Positions 25,180 to 34,763 are shown, counted from the first letter of the stretch. The stretch is DNA of 47,887 bases from Minisyncoccota bacterium (GCA_035583565.1 DATEUR010000005.1:1-47887); one strand, 5' to 3'. Made by a program: numbers and translations. The notes: generated by a model from the letters alone, not told the origin.

Positions 25180-25194
25180 GGGGATAGATAAAAA

Positions 25195-27366
25195 TCAGGA
25201 ATTACGGCGCTTGATCCGCAAACTGTTGCCGACGACACTGACACTTGAAAAAGCCATCGCAAAGGAAGCAATGATTGGATCCAAAAACCCGAAAGCCGCT
25301 AAAGGAATCGCGGCGGTGTTGTAGAAAAAGGCCCAGAAAAGATTTTGTCTGATGGTTTTAAAAGTAAGCTTCGCGAGATTGATTGCTTCCACCGCTTTCA
25401 AAGGACTGCCTTTAACAAGAACAATATTGCCGGCCTCGATCGCAATATCGGTCCCCGTGCCGACGGCGATGCCAAGGGTCGCCTCGGCAAGCGCCGGAGC
25501 GTCATTGATGCCATCGCCGACAAAAGCGACTTTTTTTCCTTTAGCTTGGAGTTCTTTGACTTTCGCGGCTTTGTCCTCCGGCAGGACCTCGGCTAAAACA
25601 TTGGTAATGCCGATCTGCCGGGCAATCGCTTCAGCGGTCTTTTGATTATCCCCGGTCAGCATGATTGACTCAATTTTCATTTCTTTGAGTTTTTTAATGG
25701 CCTCAATGGAATCGGGCTTGATCGTATCGGCAATCCCGAATACCGCTATCGCTTTTCCGGCTTTTACTAAAAGAACGGCTGTTTTGGCTTCGTTTTCAAG
25801 GCGCGCGACAAGAGGCGCGCATTCCCCAACTGTTATTTTCTCTTCCGCAATTAATTTGGTCGTGCCGATAATAATTCGCTCGCCATCAATTTCACCCACA
25901 ACACCCTTGCCCGGAATATTTTGAAAGTTTTTTACCGGCAGTTTCGCTATTTTTTCGCTTTCGGCGTATTTGGTAATCGCTTTCGCTAAAGGATGCTCTG
26001 ATAAACCCTCAAGACTCCCGGCAAGACTAAGCGCTTTCTCGCGGGAGCCGCCGCCACAGAGAAGAAAATCCGTTACTGCCGGCGCGCCTTTGGTCAGCGT
26101 TCCGGTTTTATCAAAGATTAAAACGTCAATTTTCTTCGCCCGTTCGAGCGCTTCGCCATCTTTGATGAGAATTCCTTCTTCCGCCCCCTTGCCAGTGCCG
26201 ACCATAATCGCGGTTGGCGTCGCCAAGCCAAGCGCGCAAGGACAAGCAATAATAAGCACAGCCACGGCCGGAATGATGCTCGCGGCTAAATTGCCGGAGA
26301 AAAGAAACCAGCCGACCGCGGTCGCAAGAGCGACCGCCAAAACAACAGGCACAAAAATACCGGAAACCTGATCAACCAATTTTTGGATCGGCGCTTTCTT
26401 TGTCTGCGCTTCGGTCACAAGTTTTATAATCTGCGCCAGCATCGTGCCCTCCCCAACCCGCCGCGCTTCCATCACGAGCGCGCCGTCAAGATTAATGGTG
26501 GCGCCGTAAACCAAATCGCCTGTTTTCTTTGTCACCGGCAGGCTCTCGCCGGTCATCATTGATTCATCAATTGTGCTGACTCCCTCGATAATTTCGCCAT
26601 CAACGGGAATTTTCTCGCCGGGTTTGACGAGTAGCCGATCAGAAACTTTGACCGCCTCTACGTCTATCTCCTTTTCGCCAGCCGGCGTAATTAGCCGCGC
26701 CTTCTTGGCGCCGAGCTTGATCAGCTTTTCAATCGCCGCCGAGGCCCGGCCCCGGCTCCGCAATTCAAAAAATTCGCCAAGAAGAACAAGGGCGGTGATG
26801 ATAGCGCCGGTTTCGAAATACAAATCTTCGCCGCGGCTCATCGCAAAAAAGCTGTAAACAAGGGCGGTGAGGGTGCCAAGCGAAATGAGGGTATCCATGT
26901 TCGCCCGGAAGTGGCGAAGCTGTTTAAGCAAGCCTTTGTGAAAATCTGAGCCGAGGAAAAGAATGGCAATCGTGCCGATCACCGCTTGCAACCAGACGCC
27001 AAGGTCATAACCAAAGATTTCCAAACCAAATTTAATATTAAATACCGCTAAAATAAGAATAAGAACCGCCAAAACGATCGCGGCAGTCACTTTTTGCTTC
27101 ATCGCCCGCAGTTCTTTTTCCGTCTTTTGATGGTGGGCATGCTCGCCAACAGCTTGTTCCGTCACCACGCTGTAGCCGGCTTTAGCGACCGCGCCGTGGA
27201 GAGCGTGTTCCGAGGTTTGATTTTCGTCATAAGTGACCGCTGCTTGATTGGTCGCGAAATTAACACTTGCTTCTTCCACTCCTTTCGCTTCCTTCAGAGT
27301 TTTTTCAATGACAATGGCGCAGGAAGCGCAGTGCATGCCGGAGATTGTAAAAATTTTCTTTTGCAT
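25195..27366 (-). CDS. copA: Copper-translocating P1B-type ATPase
   Basis: 723 aa. N-terminal HMA domain ([13 protein letters not shown]), CPC motif ([13 protein letters not shown]), DKTGTLT, and [10 protein letters not shown]. Confidence 0.93.
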   Translation of the reverse strand: MQKKIFTISGMHCASCAIVIEKTLKEAKGVEEASVNFATNQAAVTYDENQTSEHALHGAVAKAGYSVVTEQAVGEHAHHQKTEKELRAMKQKVTAAIVLAVLILILAVFNIKFGLEIFGYDLGVWLQAVIGTIAILFLGSDFHKGLLKQLRHFRANMDTLISLGTLTALVYSFFAMSRGEDLYFETGAIITALVLLGEFFELRSRGRASAAIEKLIKLGAKKARLITPAGEKEIDVEAVKVSDRLLVKPGEKIPVDGEIIEGVSTIDESMMTGESLPVTKKTGDLVYGATINLDGALVMEARRVGEGTMLAQIIKLVTEAQTKKAPIQKLVDQVSGIFVPVVLAVALATAVGWFLFSGNLAASIIPAVAVLIIACPCALGLATPTAIMVGTGKGAEEGILIKDGEALERAKKIDVLIFDKTGTLTKGAPAVTDFLLCGGGSREKALSLAGSLEGLSEHPLAKAITKYAESEKIAKLPVKNFQNIPGKGVVGEIDGERIIIGTTKLIAEEKITVGECAPLVARLENEAKTAVLLVKAGKAIAVFGIADTIKPDSIEAIKKLKEMKIESIMLTGDNQKTAEAIARQIGITNVLAEVLPEDKAAKVKELQAKGKKVAFVGDGINDAPALAEATLGIAVGTGTDIAIEAGNIVLVKGSPLKAVEAINLAKLTFKTIRQNLFWAFFYNTAAIPLAAFGFLDPIIASFAMAFSSVSVVGNSLRIKRRNS

Positions 27367-27379
27367 AAAATATAAAAAT

Positions 27380-28723
27380 TTAATCGACTACATTAATAAC
27401 TCCATTAAACATTCCCATCCGGCAAGTGAAAGCAAGCGGGCCGGCTTCCTCGGGGGTAAATTCAATTACATTTTCTCCCAATTGAAAAACTTTGGAAATT
27501 TTCAATTTGGGAATGACTATATTTGCCGCGCAGCTGTAAAGCGTCGTTGATTCGACAACCAACCGCACCGGAACGCCCTTTTTGACCGTTATTTTATTCG
27601 GCTTATAACCATTGGCCAATTGAGTGATCCAAACGACTTGAACACTGTCGTTTATTTCCGCCACCATGCCTTGGTTTGTCTTTTTAAAATCAGAAAACTT
27701 CGGCAAAGAAAAACCCGTCAAAGAAAGTCCGCTTGATAAATTAAAAAACCCGAGAAGAATCACGACCAAGCCGGCAAATTTGAAAAATGACCGGGCAAAA
27801 GCGCCGCGAGTGATACTCGTCAAACCGCCGATCCCAAGCAGGCCCGGCGCTGTCCCTAAAGCAAAAATGCTCATGATGATCACCCCGGCGACGAAACTGC
27901 CGGTGCTCAAAGCATAAATTTGCATCGCTTGGGTAAAACCGCAAGGCAAAAAGAAAGTAAGACTGCCTAAAACGAAGGATTTCAGATGGCTGTATTCCTT
28001 AACCTCTTTTCCCAATCCTAAAGTTTTTGCGAGACCTGCCGGTAAAGTTAATTTGAAGCGGTTAACGGCCGGGAATATTTCAATCAGACGCAGTCCTAGA
28101 AAGAGCATAAAGATTCCGGCAAGAGCAATGAAAACACCGGTTAACGAATTGGAAAAATTAACAGAGGAACCGAGCAAACCGATCAGTCCGCCCAAGGCGG
28201 CGTAACCAATCACTCGACCTAAATTAAAAAAAAGATGCGGTCGAAATTTTTGAATGACGCTCGCTTCCGGATGCTTTTCGGCATGTCTGGCTGATAAGCC
28301 TAAAACGAGTCCGCCGACAATCACCATACAACTTGAAACACCGGCCGTTAAACCAATTAGTAAAATAACCGGGTAGGTCGGCTTGTCGCCAAAATTAAAA
28401 TAAAAATCAACAAGGCCCGTCGTTTTGAAGAAAACATACAAAATAAATAACACGCCGGCGGCCTGAAATAATTCTTGATAGTCTTTTTTAACCGGTTTGA
28501 AGGACTCTTTGTCGCCAAGCCGATAACCGGCATTGCGAACCGCCTCTTCGATTTCTTTTTCCGGAGGCGGACTACCCTCAAAATATAAAACGACTTCCCC
28601 TTTTTTTTGATTGGCCTTTACCCTTGTCACCCCTTCGAGAACACGGAGCCTTTCTTCGACAAGAAGCTCGCAGGAAGCGCAGTGCATGCCTTTGACGTGA
28701 AATTTGTAAGTTTTCTCAGCCAT
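27380..28723 (-). CDS. Three-domain fusion: HMA metal-binding, DsbD_2/TauE-like membrane domain, C-terminal cupredoxin-like domain
   Basis: 447 aa. [15 protein letters not shown]; membrane core with GVSSCM and FFLPCGFTQ; C-terminus [15 protein letters not shown]...[14 protein letters not shown]. Confidence 0.7.
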   Translation of the reverse strand: MAEKTYKFHVKGMHCASCELLVEERLRVLEGVTRVKANQKKGEVVLYFEGSPPPEKEIEEAVRNAGYRLGDKESFKPVKKDYQELFQAAGVLFILYVFFKTTGLVDFYFNFGDKPTYPVILLIGLTAGVSSCMVIVGGLVLGLSARHAEKHPEASVIQKFRPHLFFNLGRVIGYAALGGLIGLLGSSVNFSNSLTGVFIALAGIFMLFLGLRLIEIFPAVNRFKLTLPAGLAKTLGLGKEVKEYSHLKSFVLGSLTFFLPCGFTQAMQIYALSTGSFVAGVIIMSIFALGTAPGLLGIGGLTSITRGAFARSFFKFAGLVVILLGFFNLSSGLSLTGFSLPKFSDFKKTNQGMVAEINDSVQVVWITQLANGYKPNKITVKKGVPVRLVVESTTLYSCAANIVIPKLKISKVFQLGENVIEFTPEEAGPLAFTCRMGMFNGVINVVD

Positions 28724-28832
28724 AGAATTTAATCCGCACCTGATTATGCCGATTGTATAATAATTTTATAAATTAAACTAATAATCTCGACCTTTAATTA
28801 AGCATCAGCAATTCTTCAATTCCGCTCAAGAC

Positions 28833-29279
28833 TTAACAGCAGTTTTTCATTTTTTCTTCCAGCTCTTTGGCTTGCTCTGTTTTTTCTTTTTCCGATTCGA
28901 TCCTGCGTTTTTTAAAGCTAAATGTTGCCACTATGGCCAAAAACGCGGCGATTGTAAAGAACAGCCATTTATTCGTGATTAAGCTGTAGAACGCCGAAAA
29001 TCCGGAAATGACAAATACTGTTTTCCAGAGCAAGCCAAAATTTGGCTTGATAAATTTTTCCAATTTAGACATGAGACCAACGACCGTTCCGCCCATGAGA
29101 ATTGCAATTGGCAACTGATAGCTCGTGGCTGACAAATTGCCAGCAAGCATCCCGATTAAGAGCCAAAGCCAAGTTAAAGCCACTCCGGCGCAAATCGGGC
29201 AGATCTTGAATGGCAGTTTTTTATTAACAAGCCAAACCGCAAGCGTAATTATTAAGATTGAAACAATCGCGGTGATCAT
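28833..29279 (-). CDS. Four-TM membrane protein with an intramembrane CPIC motif and a C-terminal Cys-Cys
   Basis: 148 aa. ...KKLPFKICPICAGVALTWLWLL..., ending ...EEKMKNCC. No family recognised. Confidence 0.6.
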   Translation of the reverse strand: MITAIVSILIITLAVWLVNKKLPFKICPICAGVALTWLWLLIGMLAGNLSATSYQLPIAILMGGTVVGLMSKLEKFIKPNFGLLWKTVFVISGFSAFYSLITNKWLFFTIAAFLAIVATFSFKKRRIESEKEKTEQAKELEEKMKNCC

Positions 29280-29296
29280 GGTGATAATTTAACAGG

Positions 29297-29797
29297 TTAT
29301 CTTGCTATCGGCTCCGGTGATTTATTTCTATTTACTTTAATAAATTTAATTATAGTCTCTTCGTCATATTGTTCCAACTTTTGCAATCGGCCCCATGACG
29401 CCAAAGCGATTTTTGCGTCATTTTTTTCACGGGGCGTTACCACAACGCTTTGTGGGTAACGGCGGCCTAAGTCTTGCAGTTTTATCTTCGTGCTTTCATC
29501 AATATCCTTGTAAGAAATCCAAATACCGCCATGCTCCAAGTTGTGGATAAGTTGCTCATCCGGCAACTCCTTGTCATTAAAGCCCCAATTTGCCGACTCC
29601 GCGTAATGCCAGCCCGATGTGGGCGGGTTGGAATTATATTCCGGGTGAACGGCTCCAACGGTAATATGCTCCCTGCCTTGAATGGGAACGGCTTCGCCCG
29701 ACTGGCTCTTTTCTGCTTTCTTTGAAAGCAGAGAAAGCCAATAGAAACCTCCGACAACAGCAATAATAACCAAGGCCCAAATAATAATTTTTTTCAT
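29297..29797 (-). CDS. DUF3105-like extracytoplasmic protein
   Basis: 166 aa with an N-terminal TM. NPPTSGWHY...LIHNLEHGGIWISY...ASW matches the DUF3105 pattern as I recall it. Confidence 0.65.
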   Translation of the reverse strand: MKKIIIWALVIIAVVGGFYWLSLLSKKAEKSQSGEAVPIQGREHITVGAVHPEYNSNPPTSGWHYAESANWGFNDKELPDEQLIHNLEHGGIWISYKDIDESTKIKLQDLGRRYPQSVVVTPREKNDAKIALASWGRLQKLEQYDEETIIKFIKVNRNKSPEPIAR

Positions 29798-29839
29798 GAT
29801 ATTTTTTGTGATTTTAATTGCTAATAATAGTTATAATTT

Positions 29840-30673
29840 TTACAGCAGGAATATAATTACACCAAGAATAATCATGGCGATTCCGCCGGCAAACCGCATC
29901 AATTTCTTTTCTTTGTTTTGCCACGCCTCAACCTTATTAAGCAGATATTTTCGACTGGCAATGGCAAGAATTATGACAAGCGGCAAGACAAAAATAATGT
30001 TGTAGAAGAAAAGATAACCAACGCCTTTAAGATAAGTCACATTATCGTGAAGCAACCCAAGAATCATCAGGTAAGGACCGCCGGTGCAGGGAAATTCACA
30101 TAGCCCAACCAAAATGCCGAGAACGAAAGCGGCCGGCATAGACGCCTTTTCCATCACTCGCGCAAGCAAGCCATGACTGAATTTTGGAATACGCAATTTA
30201 ATCGGAGAATTTGGAAACAGTTCCTGAGTCAGATTAATCAAACCGAGAACTATCAAAAGCCCGGCGCCGATTTTGCCCATAAAGTGCGGCGTGTTGAAGA
30301 TGTGCAAAGCTTGCAATATGCCAAGCCCGATCAAAATATAAGCCGTAAAAACTCCGAAGATATAAACTCCGCCGATTTTGAGAATACTTGATCGCATCTT
30401 TCCAATAGAGAGAAGAAAAGCGATGGTCAGCAAGAGAATTGAGAAAGCGCAGGGATTAATGCTGTCGACAAGAGCGGTAATTCCGACAAGGGGCAGAAGC
30501 CACTTGCCGCCATCGCTAATATTCCAAATAACGGAAGATGCGCCGGTAGAAAATTTTAACGCAACAGCTAATCCGATCACCGCAACCGCGGCAATAATAA
30601 GCCACCGTATTGCGTTTGGTTTCGCCTTGCTCTCTTCGTCTTGGCAGCAACTATTTTTATTTTCATTTTCCAT
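29840..30673 (-). CDS. ccdA: CcdA/DsbD-type transmembrane thiol-disulfide electron transporter
   Basis: 277 aa with the two signature cysteines, SINPCAFSILLL and LCEFPCTGGPYL. The N-terminal tail contains SCC. Confidence 0.75.
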   Translation of the reverse strand: MENENKNSCCQDEESKAKPNAIRWLIIAAVAVIGLAVALKFSTGASSVIWNISDGGKWLLPLVGITALVDSINPCAFSILLLTIAFLLSIGKMRSSILKIGGVYIFGVFTAYILIGLGILQALHIFNTPHFMGKIGAGLLIVLGLINLTQELFPNSPIKLRIPKFSHGLLARVMEKASMPAAFVLGILVGLCEFPCTGGPYLMILGLLHDNVTYLKGVGYLFFYNIIFVLPLVIILAIASRKYLLNKVEAWQNKEKKLMRFAGGIAMIILGVIIFLL

Positions 30674-30675
30674 AA

Positions 30676-31233
30676 CTAAGGTGTGACAACGGCCTCAAAC
30701 TTAAGTACGGTTTGAGCGCCGGCATCATCTTCGAGATAAATTTCTCTTTCAATTCGGCCGACTCCAGCCGGGCCATGCGCGTTTGGATCAAATTCCGCGG
30801 TGATTATCGCTTCTCCGCCGGCGGGAATTTCCATATTGGCTTTCGGCACCAGGCCGTGCCCAGGCATGCCAAATGGTCCTTTTGTGCTTCCGCCAACTGC
30901 AATAGAGGCTGATGTGCACATGCAGGAAGTATAAACTTTGGCAATATTAATGGAACGGGATGTGTTATTTTTCACCGTAAAATCATGCTTCACGTTGCTG
31001 TTTTTCATCGATATTTCCCCAAAATTATAAAATGTTTCAGGCGCTTCGAGGGCATACCCTGATTCCGCTTCGCCGGTCTTATGATAGTTATCGCCAGAAT
31101 TGGTACCCGAAAAATTGGTTCCGGCCACGGCATTTGCTTCATCGCTTTGATTTGGACCCGGTTTGGCAAGCCAAATGATCCCTCCGAAAATTATTACAAG
31201 TGTAACAACTGATAGAATCTTATTTTTATTCAT
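30676..31233 (-). CDS. DUF1573-like secreted/anchored protein with a CxC motif
   Basis: 185 aa. YNFGEISMKNSNVKHDFTVKNNTSRSINIAKVYTSCMCTSA is the DUF1573 hallmark (SCxCT). Confidence 0.7.
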   Translation of the reverse strand: MNKNKILSVVTLVIIFGGIIWLAKPGPNQSDEANAVAGTNFSGTNSGDNYHKTGEAESGYALEAPETFYNFGEISMKNSNVKHDFTVKNNTSRSINIAKVYTSCMCTSASIAVGGSTKGPFGMPGHGLVPKANMEIPAGGEAIITAEFDPNAHGPAGVGRIEREIYLEDDAGAQTVLKFEAVVTP

Positions 31234-31261
31234 GGTTAATTTTGAAATTAAAATTAAATAA

Positions 31262-31326
31262 AAACCTTAATAATAAGGTTTAGAAAACATAACTGAAACT
31301 TTAATTAAAAGATTTAGTTATGTTTT
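31262..31326 (-). terminator. Two tandem AT-rich hairpins between the small membrane gene and the DUF1573 gene
   Basis: 11-bp perfect inverted repeat aaaacataact/agttatgtttt (31284-31294 / 31316-31326) overlapping the stop codon. An 8-bp hairpin aaacctta-ataa-taaggttt (31262-31281) is followed by a U-rich tract. Confidence 0.4.
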
Positions 31327-31726
31327 ATTTTAAAATAGACGGACTATTCTCAAAAAGTGAAAGCCAGTGAATAAATTTTCTAAGATTTGATTTTAAATTA
31401 CTATTTGTACGCTTAAAATTCAAACCGGATAAAATGAACGCGGTAACGTTGTGTTGGGAAAGAATTCTTGCGACAAAAACCAAGACTAGTAAAAATGAAA
31501 TCAGCAAAAGAGTGTTTTGGAAAACAGCCAAAGAAAATTTCTGAAACGCATCAAAGTGAAAATTAATAGAGGCGAGAGGACTCATGCTCTCCGGGCAAAT
31601 AGCGCCGTTAATAGCCGCCGCAAGACAGTCTTGTCTATGCTCGTTCATATTCCCCATTAAAAAGACGCCAAAAATGGCCAGGGAAGCAAAGACCAAGAAG
31701 ATAACGATCGATAAACCCGATTTCAT
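31325..31726 (-). CDS. Small membrane protein with an extracytoplasmic Cys pair
   Basis: Start moved to MKSGLSIVIFLVF (ATG at 31726), because the track start (31810) overlaps rpsP by 65 nt. Has two or three TM segments and CLAAAINGAIC. Confidence 0.55.
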   Translation of the reverse strand: MKSGLSIVIFLVFASLAIFGVFLMGNMNEHRQDCLAAAINGAICPESMSPLASINFHFDAFQKFSLAVFQNTLLLISFLLVLVFVARILSQHNVTAFILSGLNFKRTNSNLKSNLRKFIHWLSLFENSPSILK

Positions 31727-31745
31727 GTTAATTGCTTGGGGTATT

Positions 31746-32042
31746 TTAGGCCGCGGCGGGCGCTTCTTCTTTTTTCTTTTCCCGCGAAACATGGATTTTA
31801 GGCGCATCAAGCAGTTTCTCGGAGACGAGCATGTTATGGACGGTGGCGGAAGGACTTACGCCGACCGAAAGCCAGTGACGCGCGCGCTCGGCCTTCAACC
31901 TCACCTCCCCGCTCTTGGGATTATAGGAACCGATTTCTTCAATAAAATTCCCGCTTTGCGGAGCTTTTTCTGATTCAATAACAACAATTCGAAAATGCGG
32001 ATCATTGGCCCGACCGATTCGTTGTAATTTCATTTTTAACAT
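31746..32042 (-). CDS. rpsP: 30S ribosomal protein S16
   Basis: MLKMKLQRIGRANDPHFRIVV...GSYNP...RARHWLSVGVSPS is the canonical S16 sequence pattern. Confidence 0.93.
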   Translation of the reverse strand: MLKMKLQRIGRANDPHFRIVVIESEKAPQSGNFIEEIGSYNPKSGEVRLKAERARHWLSVGVSPSATVHNMLVSEKLLDAPKIHVSREKKKEEAPAAA

Positions 32043-32076
32043 ATCGTCATCTTAACAAAAAAGATTAAGAAGTCAA

Positions 32077-33759
32077 ATGCTTCATGCTAGACTATATTCC
32101 ATGAACGCGATCTTCACTCTCTTCGGCACTTCGATAGCGATCGCCAGCATTTTAACCGGTTTAGCTTTTCTTGGTCAAAAACCGCCGGCAATAAAGCCGG
32201 CGCGTAATGAAGCAATCGCCATAAGCGCGACGCCCTCACTGCCGGCGCCAAGTGTCGCGCCGACACAAAGTATCGGCGTCGAACTCGGCTTTGTTGGCGA
32301 CATTATGCTTGATCGCGGCGTTTTGCAAAGCGTCGAAAAAAATTTCAATGGCGACTTCCGTCATCTTTTTGATAATTTGGCGTTCTTAAAAGATTACGAT
32401 ATTTTATTCGGCAACCTTGAAGGCCCTGTCTCTCTCTCAGGGCAAAATGTCGGCAGTAAATGGTCGTTTCGAATGAAGCCGGTTGTCACCGAAGTTTTGG
32501 CCGAGGCAGGTTTTGACATCCTGTCGCTCGCCAATAACCACATGGGTGACTGGGCAAGCGAAGCAATGCTTGATACGCTTGATTATTTGAAAATGACTGA
32601 TGTTATGTTTACTGGTGCCGGTGCCAATTTAGCGGCAGTAAAAAAACCAACCATTATCAAAAAAAATGGTTTGCGAATTGGCTTTTTAGCTTTTTCCGAT
32701 GTTGGTCCGGCGTGGCTTGCCGCGAAAGAAAATACGCCGGGTATTTTAATTATTCGCGATAATTACAAAGACATTATCAAAAACGCCGCAGAAAATGTCG
32801 ATGTTCTTGTCGTGTCAATGCACTGGGGCGAGGAATATAAAACAAGATCGAATACCCGAGAGCAAACACTCGGTCATGGGGCAATCGAGGCCGGGGCAAA
32901 AATTGTCATCGGGCATCACCCTCACGTGATCCAAGAGATCGAAAGGTATCGGGGCGGCCTCATTGCCTATAGTCTTGGCAACTTTATCTTTGATCAATAT
33001 TTCAGCGAGGAAACAATGCGGGGAAAACTTCTTGAATTGAAGCTGGCCAAAAATCCTTTTACCCAGAAAGCAGACATTACAGAAACAAAAGAAAAACTCA
33101 TCAAACTTAATAAATTTTTCCAGCCAGCCGAAATCATCGAAACAAAAAATTACATCGAGTCAGTGAAAGAAACAGCCAAATCCGCGATACCGAATGTCGT
33201 GACGACCCCCTGCCCCGCCGGCAATAGCGACCAGGATTTTCTTCTTTTTAACATCAATCCTAAAAATGGTATTGGCAATTTCATACCAAAAGACCTTGTG
33301 CCAATAGCCGAAACAAATTGTCTTCGCCGTGAGGCCGCTCGAGCATTTGCCTTAATGCAAAATACCGGAAAAGATGAGAATCTCTCTTTTTCGATCACCT
33401 CCGGCTTTCGCGACGAAACTTGGCAAAAAACACTTTATGAAAACTGGTCGAAAGCAAACGCCGCGGCAACCTTTTTGGCCGTTGCCAAACCGACTCACTC
33501 CGAGCATCAGCTAGGCACCGCTTTGGACCTCACCACGGGTGCGATCGGCAATTTAGCAGGAAGCGATTTATTCGCAACAACCAAAGAATACGAATGGCTC
33601 ACCGCCAATGCTTACAAATACGGCTTTGTTTTAAGCTATCCGGCCGGAAAAGAGCTCATCACCGGCTATAAATTTGAACCGTGGCATTGGCGCTACGTCG
33701 GCCTCGAAATGGCCAAGAAAATCAAGGAAACCGCCGGCACGCTTTTGGAAACCCTCTAG
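32077..33759 (+). CDS. Fusion of a CapA-like metallophosphoesterase domain and an M15B (VanY-type) D,D-carboxypeptidase domain, membrane anchored
   Basis: N-terminal TM; CapA-like blocks FGNLEGPV, LSLANNHMGDW, SMHWGEEY and IGHHPHV. C-terminal SGFRDETWQ...SEHQLGTALDL...EPWHWRYVG (H-x6-D ... H zinc motif). An alternative start is the ATG at 32101. Confidence 0.75.
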   Translation: MLHARLYSMNAIFTLFGTSIAIASILTGLAFLGQKPPAIKPARNEAIAISATPSLPAPSVAPTQSIGVELGFVGDIMLDRGVLQSVEKNFNGDFRHLFDNLAFLKDYDILFGNLEGPVSLSGQNVGSKWSFRMKPVVTEVLAEAGFDILSLANNHMGDWASEAMLDTLDYLKMTDVMFTGAGANLAAVKKPTIIKKNGLRIGFLAFSDVGPAWLAAKENTPGILIIRDNYKDIIKNAAENVDVLVVSMHWGEEYKTRSNTREQTLGHGAIEAGAKIVIGHHPHVIQEIERYRGGLIAYSLGNFIFDQYFSEETMRGKLLELKLAKNPFTQKADITETKEKLIKLNKFFQPAEIIETKNYIESVKETAKSAIPNVVTTPCPAGNSDQDFLLFNINPKNGIGNFIPKDLVPIAETNCLRREAARAFALMQNTGKDENLSFSITSGFRDETWQKTLYENWSKANAAATFLAVAKPTHSEHQLGTALDLTTGAIGNLAGSDLFATTKEYEWLTANAYKYGFVLSYPAGKELITGYKFEPWHWRYVGLEMAKKIKETAGTLLETL

Positions 33760-33775
33760 CAATCAACACGTGTTC

Positions 33776-34663
33776 CTAAAAGTTTTTGATGGTGAAAGAG
33801 GCGTCGCTTTCATCAACTGCTTGGAGTATCTTAGTGCCGGTCAAGCACGGATCATTTGGCACTGGTAAGCCTGAGCACGGCGGAGTGCCGGTATAAAGTG
33901 CCGCTTTAATTTTTGTTTGAAAACTAGTGTTAGTCGGGTAAGGCAGGCCAGCGTCAGAGCAGCCCCAAGCCGCATCGCTAATTTTCCAATTGTAACTGCT
34001 TTGCGAGACATCAATTTTCCCGCCAAAACATTCGCCGCTGTAAGGACCACCGAAAGTCGTCAGCCAGATCCAGGAATCCGGCGAGGCGCCCGTCACCTGC
34101 CAAGAGACGTTTCGGGTTTCGCCGATTTTCCAAGTCTCGCCACCGTTGGGCGAAACAACTTTTATTGAAGGTGCGGTCGAAGCCCCGCTTGCACAAAAAC
34201 TATCAGAAACAATCTCAAAGCCGCCTCCTATCCCAACATCTACTGGAACACCGCACTCATTTTTTTGTCTCCAACTATAAGAGGAGTAAATCGTCTCTAA
34301 CCCACTAGGCCATATTTTACAGCAAACTAATCCTGTTTCTGGAGTAGTATTTTGAGACAAAGCAACAATTTTAGCAAAAGTTTTTTTGCCAGCTAAACCG
34401 TCAGCGAAAAGACCATTGGCTCGCTGGAAGGCAACCAAGGCGCCGAAAGTTTTCCGGCCAAACTTGCCGTCGGCTATTCCCGGATTAAATTCCTGACTTG
34501 CCAGAAACTGCTGAAGCATTAAAACGCAATTGCCTGTTCTGGCTTTGTTGTAGCCGATGGTAGAACAGCTTCCGAAGTCAAAACTTTGAGCCGAGGCTTT
34601 TGGAACAATCAAAAGTGTTAATCCAAGAATTGATAAAACAAAAATAATTTTTAATTTGTTCAT
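33776..34663 (-). CDS. Secreted protein with a PG_binding_1 domain and a Cys-rich C-terminal region
   Basis: 295 aa with a signal peptide. LQQFLASQEFNPGIADGKFGRKTFGALVAFQRANGLFADGLAGKKT is a peptidoglycan-binding repeat. An Ig-like block VVSPNGGETWKIGETRNVSWQ follows. Confidence 0.7.
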   Translation of the reverse strand: MNKLKIIFVLSILGLTLLIVPKASAQSFDFGSCSTIGYNKARTGNCVLMLQQFLASQEFNPGIADGKFGRKTFGALVAFQRANGLFADGLAGKKTFAKIVALSQNTTPETGLVCCKIWPSGLETIYSSYSWRQKNECGVPVDVGIGGGFEIVSDSFCASGASTAPSIKVVSPNGGETWKIGETRNVSWQVTGASPDSWIWLTTFGGPYSGECFGGKIDVSQSSYNWKISDAAWGCSDAGLPYPTNTSFQTKIKAALYTGTPPCSGLPVPNDPCLTGTKILQAVDESDASFTIKNF

Positions 34664-34702
34664 AGTTCTAATATTTGAATGATGACTATTTATAATAAAC
34701 TT

Positions 34703-34723
34703 TATCGAGGTTCAACCTCGATA
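34703..34723. other. 9-bp perfect hairpin in the smc / PG-binding-gene spacer
   Basis: tatcgaggt-tca-acctcgata, with no adjacent U-run on either strand. Confidence 0.35.
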
Positions 34724-34763
34724 GTAACATTAATACCAATATTCTACCCCCCGCTCTAAAATA

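Noticed and set aside
25154-25324. 56-aa plus-strand ORF ([20 protein letters not shown]...) starting in the copA/wzx spacer.
   Set aside because: Most of it is antisense to the 3' end of copA. There is no supporting signal, and it overlaps the candidate minus-strand promoter.
28775-28786. AT-only palindromes (e.g. aatttataaatt) upstream of the HMA-fusion/copA genes, considered as a possible CopY/CsoR operator.
   Set aside because: They do not match the TACAnnTGTA CopY box or GC-rich CsoR operators. Such palindromes are expected by chance in AT-rich spacers, and no metalloregulator gene is nearby.
31727-31810. Longer start for the small membrane protein (track ORF 31325..31810).
   Set aside because: It would overlap rpsP by 65 nt and add a poly-Lys/Arg peptide that is the out-of-frame shadow of the S16 tail. 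The internal ATG at 31726 precedes a proper TM segment.
33760-33775. aacacgtgtt palindrome between the convergent capA-vanY and PG-binding genes, considered as a bidirectional terminator.
   Set aside because: It offers only a 4-5 bp usable stem once a loop is allowed, and there are no flanking U-runs.
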